Under the pieces are notes generated by a model. The model made no database searches. It was not told the DNA's origin and was given only the letters and a program-made list of their open reading frames with translations. Of a stretch of 31,906 nucleotides of DNA, positions 25,305 through 31,906 are shown one piece after another. How positions within the stretch are numbered: the first letter of the stretch is position 1; every line of letters starts with the position of its first letter. The stretch spans positions 1-31,906 of the forward strand of contig CAWBOS010000019.1 in the NCBI GenBank assembly GCA_963790475.1, in the 5' to 3' direction. Source of the DNA: an uncultured delta proteobacterium (GTDB lineage: Bacteria > Desulfobacterota > RBG-13-43-22). Both the position numbers and the translations under genes were made by a program.

Positions 25305-27560
25305 ATGGAAGAATGGAAAAAAACGACTTGTGTATTGTGCGGTAATCTTTGCGGCCTGGAAGTCCGGGTGGAAAATAACCGGATTGTAAAGGTCCGCGGA
25401 GACAAGGACAATCCCCGGAGTGAAGGTTATGTCTGTCGAAAGGGTTTAAATATTCCTTTTCACCAGCATCATGCCGACCGGCTTAAATACCCGCTGAAGA
25501 AGGCAGGAGAGACTTTCACCAGGATTTCCTGGGACCAGGCCATCGAGGAAGTATCCCAAAAACTTTCCACAATCGTCAAAGATCACGGACCGCGCGCCTT
25601 GGCCCTCATGGGCGGCGGAACCATCGGCTGCCCTTCACAAGGCCCCTTTGCCGTAGGTCTGCTCCGGGCCATGGGGTCCCAGTATTTTTACAATGCCCTG
25701 GCTCAGGAACTGACCGGCCGATATTGGGCGGACGGCAAGAGCTTCGGGGATCAGAACCTCCATACCCATCCGGACCTGGAAAAAACCGACATGCTTCTGA
25801 CCGTGGGATGGAACCCGATCATGAGCCACCACACCCCTCAAGCCCGGCGGGTGCTTACCCAATTCAGCAAGGACCCCAACAAGATGTTAGTTGTTGTTGA
25901 TCCGAGGCGTTCGGAAACCGCCAAGATCGCCGATATTCATCTACCGATACGTCCGGGAACGGACGCACTCCTGTTTCGGGCCATGATTTCAATCATAGTC
26001 AATGAGGGTTGGGAAAACCGGGGATATATTGAAGAACATGTCAGGGGTTATGAACAAATTAAGCCGTTGTTTTCCAACTTCGACGCCAGAGAGGCCCTGA
26101 AGGTCTGCGAACTGGACTATGATCAGGTCCGGGAAGTAGGCCGCCAATTTGCATCCCGCCGGTCCAGTTATCGGAGCGATCTGGGCGTGCTCATGAACCG
26201 CCACAGCACTCTGATTTCATATCTTGAAAACGTCTTTCTCACAATTTGCGGCCGAATCGGGGCCAAGGGCGGCAATATTTTCGACCCGGGGCTTAGAGGC
26301 GTCCCCAGAATAAAGGTGCCCGGTCAGGAACAGGAAGGACGGGCCTGGCGGACGGTGGCCACCGACTTTCCCCCCATCACCAACCTTTATCCCCCCAATG
26401 TCATGCCGGAGGAAATACTTAACGATCATCCGGACCGTCTGCGGGCTGTTATGGTCAGCGCAGCCAATCCCCTCCGGTCCTTCGCCGACACCTCGGCCTA
26501 CGAAAAGGCCTTTAAGCAGTTGGATCTTCTGGTCACCGTGGATATCGCCATGACCGAGACGGCTTCTCTTTCTCATTACGTCCTGCCCGCCCTCTCGGCC
26601 TATGAATCCTGGGACGGGGGTGGCGCCACCGGGTTCCCCAAAACTTTCATGCAATTCCGAAGGCCGGTGGTGGAGCCTGAAGGAGAACAAATCGAGGCCG
26701 GAGAGATTTTTACTCGGCTGGCCGATCGTCTGGGGTTCATTCCTCCCATTCCCGCCTCCCTTTATGAAGCGGCGGAAGGAGGAAACCGGCTGCAATTCGG
26801 CGGGGCGTTGATGGTCTTCCTGAAGGATCACCCCGAAGCAGGCAGACGAATGCCTTATATCCTTTCTAAAACCCTTGGGAAAAAGCTGGGTTCCGGAAAT
26901 CTAGCCTCTCTCTGGGGAAGACTGCAAACCCTTCCGGCACCGGCTCAGGAACGGGCTGTTAGAGCCGGATTTATCTCCGGACCGGGGTTGGGGGATGCCG
27001 TCTTTCAGGCCGTCATCGATCATCCCCAAGGGGTTTACACCGGTGAGTGCGATCCTGAAACCTGGGATCAATTCCAGCTCGTAGCTACGGAGGATAGACG
27101 GATCAACCTGGATGTCCCGGAGATGGCCGATTGGCTGAAAGAAATCGATCCGGGGGCCGAGGAGAAACGGCTTAGACAGGACGAGAATATCTTCCCCCTT
27201 ATCATGTCCTCGGGTCGTCACTGGGATGTGAACGCCAATACGCAGATGCGTGATCCCGATTGGAACAAAGGGAAGCGGGCCTGTACCTTGACCATGCACC
27301 CCAAGGATGCGGAAAAGTTCGGCCTTCACGATGGCCAGATGGTCAAGGTGATTACGGAGGCAGGAGAAGAGATCATTGAGTTGGAGGTAACGGAAATGAC
27401 CCGGCCGGGTTATGCGGTTATGCCCCATGGATTCGGTTTGGTGCACCAGGGGAAAACCTATGGGGCCAACGCCAACCGTTTGGCTAAAAATACCCATCGG
27501 GACCGGATCGCCGGTACGCCCTTGCATCGTTTTATCCGCTGTCGGGTGGAAGGGATTTAA
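25305..27560 (+). CDS. Molybdopterin-dependent oxidoreductase (DMSO reductase superfamily), cytoplasmic
   Basis: CVLCGNLCG...CRKG 4Fe-4S motif, VVDPRRSETA, IRPGTD, and a C-terminal MHPKDA molydop-binding domain. No Tat signal. Confidence 0.92.
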   Translation: MEEWKKTTCVLCGNLCGLEVRVENNRIVKVRGDKDNPRSEGYVCRKGLNIPFHQHHADRLKYPLKKAGETFTRISWDQAIEEVSQKLSTIVKDHGPRALALMGGGTIGCPSQGPFAVGLLRAMGSQYFYNALAQELTGRYWADGKSFGDQNLHTHPDLEKTDMLLTVGWNPIMSHHTPQARRVLTQFSKDPNKMLVVVDPRRSETAKIADIHLPIRPGTDALLFRAMISIIVNEGWENRGYIEEHVRGYEQIKPLFSNFDAREALKVCELDYDQVREVGRQFASRRSSYRSDLGVLMNRHSTLISYLENVFLTICGRIGAKGGNIFDPGLRGVPRIKVPGQEQEGRAWRTVATDFPPITNLYPPNVMPEEILNDHPDRLRAVMVSAANPLRSFADTSAYEKAFKQLDLLVTVDIAMTETASLSHYVLPALSAYESWDGGGATGFPKTFMQFRRPVVEPEGEQIEAGEIFTRLADRLGFIPPIPASLYEAAEGGNRLQFGGALMVFLKDHPEAGRRMPYILSKTLGKKLGSGNLASLWGRLQTLPAPAQERAVRAGFISGPGLGDAVFQAVIDHPQGVYTGECDPETWDQFQLVATEDRRINLDVPEMADWLKEIDPGAEEKRLRQDENIFPLIMSSGRHWDVNANTQMRDPDWNKGKRACTLTMHPKDAEKFGLHDGQMVKVITEAGEEIIELEVTEMTRPGYAVMPHGFGLVHQGKTYGANANRLAKNTHRDRIAGTPLHRFIRCRVEGI

Positions 27561-27605
27561 TGCGAAAATAGGGTTTTCAACGCCCTTAACCTCAATTGGG
27601 GCCTT

Positions 27606-27632
27606 GTAGGGCGGGTTGAAACCCGCCCCTAC
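27606..27632. repeat. GTAG-type REP palindrome between convergent genes
   Basis: gtagggcgggtt-ga-aacccgcccctac, with one bulge. Confidence 0.7.
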
Positions 27633-27705
27633 GGGTCCTTTTCATGATTCGCGGCGACCTTGCGGGGCTTAAAGGTTTGATGATAAGGCTGATCTTGTCG
27701 AACTA

Positions 27706-28431
27706 TCAGGACCACAGGTATTTGCCCCGATCGGTTAAAAAATCCTTATAAATTTTGTAATAGTCGGTGTCTTCATAACGGGTTTCGGTAATGGGGATGG
27801 TATCGAAGTTGTAGATCGTCGCTTTAGGGTAGGACAGCAAAATGGGGGAATGGGTGACGATGATAAACTGCGCCAAACCGGTCTCACTGGTTTCTTTCAG
27901 GATTCTCAGCAATTCGATCTGTTTTTTGGGTGAAAGGGCGTTTTCCGGTTCATCGAGAAAATACAGTCCTTTTCTTCGGTAGGTGCTGTCGAAATATTGG
28001 ATATGCCTTTGGCCGTGGGAGCGGGAAATGAGCGAGTCTCCACCGAAATAATCAAATAGCTTGGGACTGGGTTTGGCCCAGGAATCGATGCATTCGGCCA
28101 GATATCGGAATATTTCAGAATCAAAGTACGAACCCGGAACGGCGCCGTCGTTCCATTCCACCTCGATATATTTATAGAGCTCTTCGGCATATTTATTCTG
28201 ATAAAAAACCCTTCTTTCATAGCCCTCTTCATCCCGCCAGATATGGATGGAGCATCTGAGGGCAATGGCTTTCAACAGGGTGGATTTGCCCGTTCCGTTT
28301 TCCCCGATAAAAAAGGTCAGGGGCTGGGTTAAATTCAAGGCTTCTGTTTTTTGAAAAATTTCCAGGTTGAAGGGATAACAATCTGTTATCGGGAATCGTT
28401 CGCTGTGGATACTTATTTTTTTTAAATGCAC
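27706..28431 (-). CDS. ABC-like AAA ATPase (COG3910-type predicted ATPase)
   Basis: GENGTGKST, SHGQ, FLDEPENALSP, IVTHSP. GTG start after aggtga. Confidence 0.88.
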   Translation of the reverse strand: MHLKKISIHSERFPITDCYPFNLEIFQKTEALNLTQPLTFFIGENGTGKSTLLKAIALRCSIHIWRDEEGYERRVFYQNKYAEELYKYIEVEWNDGAVPGSYFDSEIFRYLAECIDSWAKPSPKLFDYFGGDSLISRSHGQRHIQYFDSTYRRKGLYFLDEPENALSPKKQIELLRILKETSETGLAQFIIVTHSPILLSYPKATIYNFDTIPITETRYEDTDYYKIYKDFLTDRGKYLWS

Positions 28432-28552
28432 TAATCACCTTCGGAATTTTCTTGCTTCACCAAGATCTGTTAAAAAATATCGTCGTTGAATCTGGCCTTT
28501 AATCGTTCGGGATTGCCTGAAAAACAGGAGGGAATTGGCACCCCTACCCCGG

Positions 28553-29595
28553 TCATTTCGTGGCGGTGATAAAATCCAGCATGCCGCCCTCGCCTACCGG
28601 CAGGCGCTCAATGGTTTTAAAACCGGCCCTGGACAGCAGTTCATCCTGTTCTTCTTGGGCGATATGGACGATGCCGCCCAAGGCCTCAAAATACTGCTCA
28701 ATGATCCCGTAATCGAATCTCGGGTTTCTAAAATCCTCCAACCGGCCGGGATAGGGATAATCCAGGATCAAAAGCCGCCCCCCTTTTTTCAAGGCCTGAA
28801 AGGTCTTAGACAGTGCTTCCCGGCGGACTTCCGGCAGGATTTCGTGGAGGGTCAGGATCATCCCGGCCAGGTCGAAGGCCTCATGAAAATTGATTTCCTC
28901 AGCCGCTTATGTTTTCCACGGTCACCCGGTCTTCCAATCCGAGTTCGGAAATCGATCGCTCGGCATTCTCAATGCCGTAAATATCAGGATCGATACCGGT
29001 AAAGACGCTCTTCTTAAAAACCTGAGCGAACTCCAGGATCAAATGACCACTCCCGCAACCCACATCCAAAAAAGCGCAACCCTTTTCCAGTTGGGTTCTT
29101 AAGATGATCGTTGACCGGGAAAATCATAGACAGAAAAACCGTCGAGATACTTCTTGTTCCCCGGCCGGCGACAAATGAAGTCAAAGGTGATTTAACCGTA
29201 TAAGTCGGTCTGCCGGTTCGGATATATTCAAAGAACGGATCATTGATTCCATCGAATTGGGTATTGCCGGTGGGCCGGTCTTCCCTTTGGGGATTCGGCC
29301 GAAAGGACATATCAAGCCCCAGGACCTCTTCCAGAAAGGGTTGCAGTCTGAATCGGCCTCGCTCATCACAGTCGAGAATTTCAAAATGATAGGCTGTTTG
29401 GCACCAGATCTTCAAAAAAGGTTCATAGAGCATCAGCTTTAGGGCCAGATCAGGCACCGTGAGACCCTCAAGGGATTCGGCCAGGGCATCCAGCATTCCG
29501 AACCGGAAGCCGGTATTGATGACCTGAGTCGCCCGGTGGCCTTTTTCAAAAGAACGCACCTTGGCGATTTGATCCAGTATGGTTATTTCGGACAT
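28553..29595 (-). CDS. Class I SAM-dependent methyltransferase with N-terminal wHTH; two apparent +1 frameshifts (about 29098 and 28903)
   Basis: The middle frame reads QLEKGCAFLDVGCGSGHLILEFAQVF...GIDPD and links ORFs 29014-29595 and 28553-28861 (LTLHEI...LKKGGRLLILD). Confidence 0.8.
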
Positions 29596-29646
29596 CGTTG
29601 GAACTTCTCTTGAGAACGAAAAAAAGGGGAAAGGTTTTGTAGAAAT

Positions 29647-29693
29647 ATAATCCTGTTCCCGGAAGACTATCCGAACTCCGGGAACAGGATTAT
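29647..29693 (-). terminator. 17-bp perfect stem-loop after the acyl-CoA dehydrogenase genes
   Basis: ataatcctgttcccgga / tccgggaacaggattat, just after the stop at 29702. Confidence 0.7.
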
Positions 29694-29701
29694 TGGGGTT
29701 T

Positions 29702-30839
29702 TTAAAAAGCTTCCATTCCTTTGGTCAGTAAGGATTGGGCTACTTTCTCATAATGATAGGTGGTGCTTCCGCAAATCATGGAGAAGGGATGCGCCCTTCG
29801 ATAGTAAAGGGCGACATCGGCCTCTCTGGTGGTTCCAATCGCGCCATATATCTTGACGGCCCTTTCCGTTACGAAGCGGTAAGCCTCATTGGCAATGGCC
29901 TTCAGGGCTGATGCATCTCGCATGAAGTTCCCCCCTTCATCGATCATGCAGGTCACCCGATACAGATAATTGTTACAGGTATCGTAGGCCAATAACATAT
30001 TGGCCATGAAATGCTGAATGGCCTGATAGCCCCCGATAGGATTCCCGTATTGCTCACGTTCCCGGGCATATTTAGCGGTCATGTCGATAGCCGCCCGGCA
30101 GCCGCCGGACATCTCGGCCGCCTTGGCCACGGTCGCTTTGGCATACATTTTTTCCAGCAGGGCCGCTCCGTCGCCCGGGGCCCCGAGCATATCCGTCTTG
30201 GCCACCTTGACGTCCTTAAAAATGACCTCGCAGGCATTTTCCGACGACACATAGGGCAGTTTGGTAATCTTGACCCCTGGAGTCTTGGCATCTACCAGAA
30301 ACAGACTGAGACCGGCATTACCGGCCTGAGCGGCCACAATCAATTTCTCGGCGATATTGGCATCCATGACGAACAGCTTGGTCCCGTTCAATATAAAATT
30401 ATCGCCCTGGGGTTCGGCCTTCATCTGGATACTTTCAAAACTATAGTCGGTTTCCGGTTCATATTGGGCCAGGGCCATGATAAGGCTGCCTTCGGCGATA
30501 CGGCCCAATAAATCCGTTTTTTGCTCTTCGCTGCCGCCTTCCAATACCAGCAGTCCAGCATTGAATAACGGTGGAGAAAAAAGGGCTCGGGAAAACGGCC
30601 TTGCCGATTTCCTCCTGGATAATGGTCAGATCCATGAAAGTCCCGCCATACCCGCCGTATTCTTCAGGGAAGTACATACCCGTCCAACCCAGCTCGGCCA
30701 CCTTCTGCCACAACTCCGGTGAGTACCCCTCTTCGGTCTCTTCGATGTGTTTGACCTTTTCAAAATTACATTCATTAATGAAAAATTTCGCCGCCGAGTC
30801 CCTGAGCATCGTTTGTTCTGAAGTGAAATCAAGATCCAT
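29702..30839 (-). CDS. Acyl-CoA dehydrogenase, beta-type subunit; apparent +1 frameshift at about 30557
   Basis: MDLDFTSEQTMLRD...LGW...EEIGK, then FILNGTKLFV and REQYGNPIGGYQAIQH. Removing one base joins STVIQC to GLLVLEGG. Confidence 0.85.
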
Positions 30840-30854
30840 ATTCTATACCCCCCC

Positions 30855-31906
30855 TCATCCTTGTCCTTTTAACCTTGGCAGGCCGCAGCCGACCCAGGCA
30901 ATGATATTACGTTGAATTTCATTGGAACCGGCGCAAATAATGCTGCCGATGATGGATTGATACATGGTGATCATGCTGCCGTGCAATGGAGCCCAACTTG
31001 AACTCTTCCAGGTTACCGGGCAGTCCCATGATTTCCAGTGCAAAATCAGCCGTGCGTTGAGTCAGTTCCGTGCCGAATACCTTGGACTCCGAGGCCGCGG
31101 CCGGTGAAAAACGCAGATTGCCTTTCTCCTGAAGCCAGGCAATCCGGTAGGCCTGGGCCCGTCCGGCTTCCATATCGGCGTAGATCCTTCCAATTTTCTG
31201 ACGAACCAGAGGATCTTCATAAAGATATTTGCCGTTCCGTTTGGTTGTTTTGACATATTCGATAATCTGCTCTAAATGTCTTCTGATCCTGGAAAAAGTG
31301 CCTATTCCCGATCTTTCAAAATTCATGGTGTCCCGGGTTATGCTCCACCCCTGATTCTCGGCCCCGATCCGCTCGGATTCATGGATCTTCACATCGGTAA
31401 ACCAGACCTCGTTATAAATATGAGCACCGTCCATATATTTGATGGGCCTTACTTCAATGCCCGGCCAGGAAAAATCGACGTTAAAGACCGACAATCCTCT
31501 TCCCCTTTTTTCGGCCGGATTGGTCCGGGCCAACAGAAACATATGATCGGCCTTGTGGGCCCCGGTGGTCCATGTTTTTTGTCCGTTAACAATGTAATAC
31601 TCCCCATCCTTGATCGCCGTCGTCCTGAGTGAGGCCAGGTCGGAACCGGCATTCGGTTCACTCCAGCCCTGGGAATATTGAACTTCACCGCGGGCAATGG
31701 GAAGAAGGATTCTTTTTTTCTGTTCTTCCGTACCATGCAGAAGAATGGTCGGACCGAACATCCCCACCCCAAAACCGTCGATGGCCGGTACACCAAAATA
31801 GCCCATCGATTCATTGAAGATCAGCTGCTCGATCAGGGGCGCATCTCTTCCGCCGTATTCCTTCGGCCAATGCTGAACATACCAGCCCTTCTCAACCAGC
31901 TTTTTC
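30855..31906 (-). CDS. Acyl-CoA dehydrogenase, alpha-type subunit; 5' end outside the window; apparent frameshift at about 31003
   Basis: QGWSEPNAGSDLASL, NGQKTWTT, NEVWFTDV. The C-terminus ICAGSNEIQRNIIA is in the shifted frame. Confidence 0.88.

Noticed and set aside
28898-28906. In-frame TGA in the SAM methyltransferase (possible selenocysteine)
   Set aside because: The homologous-looking sequence continues in a different frame, so this is a frameshift and not recoding.

Overview
This is a moderately GC-rich bacterial window. Gene content (Fe-S proteins, a Mo-oxidoreductase, acyl-CoA enzymes) and repeat types suggest an anaerobic Desulfobacterota/Syntrophales-like organism, which is inference only. 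Left (1-11.8 kb): a decaying PepSY/ABC/TolC export operon, a purple-acid-phosphatase-like enzyme, a HEAT-repeat protein, an MFS transporter, a DUF1259/DUF1080-remnant/beta-propeller envelope cluster, a crotonase and an alkyltransferase-like gene. Centre (12.0-23.1 kb): a co-oriented defence-type island. Its apparent core is a PLD-nuclease/SNF2-helicase fusion, a large gamma-class N6-adenine DNA methyltransferase and a short SMF/DprA-like (SLOG) protein, with AT-rich cargo and three toxin-antitoxin modules in between; two of the modules have lost their toxin. The most striking feature is an unannotated, diverged second copy of the methyltransferase 3' tail 2,180 bp downstream. Ten of its 12 differences are synonymous and the two copies bracket three cargo genes, suggesting specificity-domain replacement coupled to cargo capture. 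Right (23.2-31.9 kb): a 4Fe-4S protein, MarR plus a molybdopterin oxidoreductase, an ATPase, a SAM methyltransferase and a heteromeric-type acyl-CoA dehydrogenase pair. Several single-base frameshifts here look like sequencing errors. I saw no tRNA, rRNA, CRISPR array, integrase or transposase.
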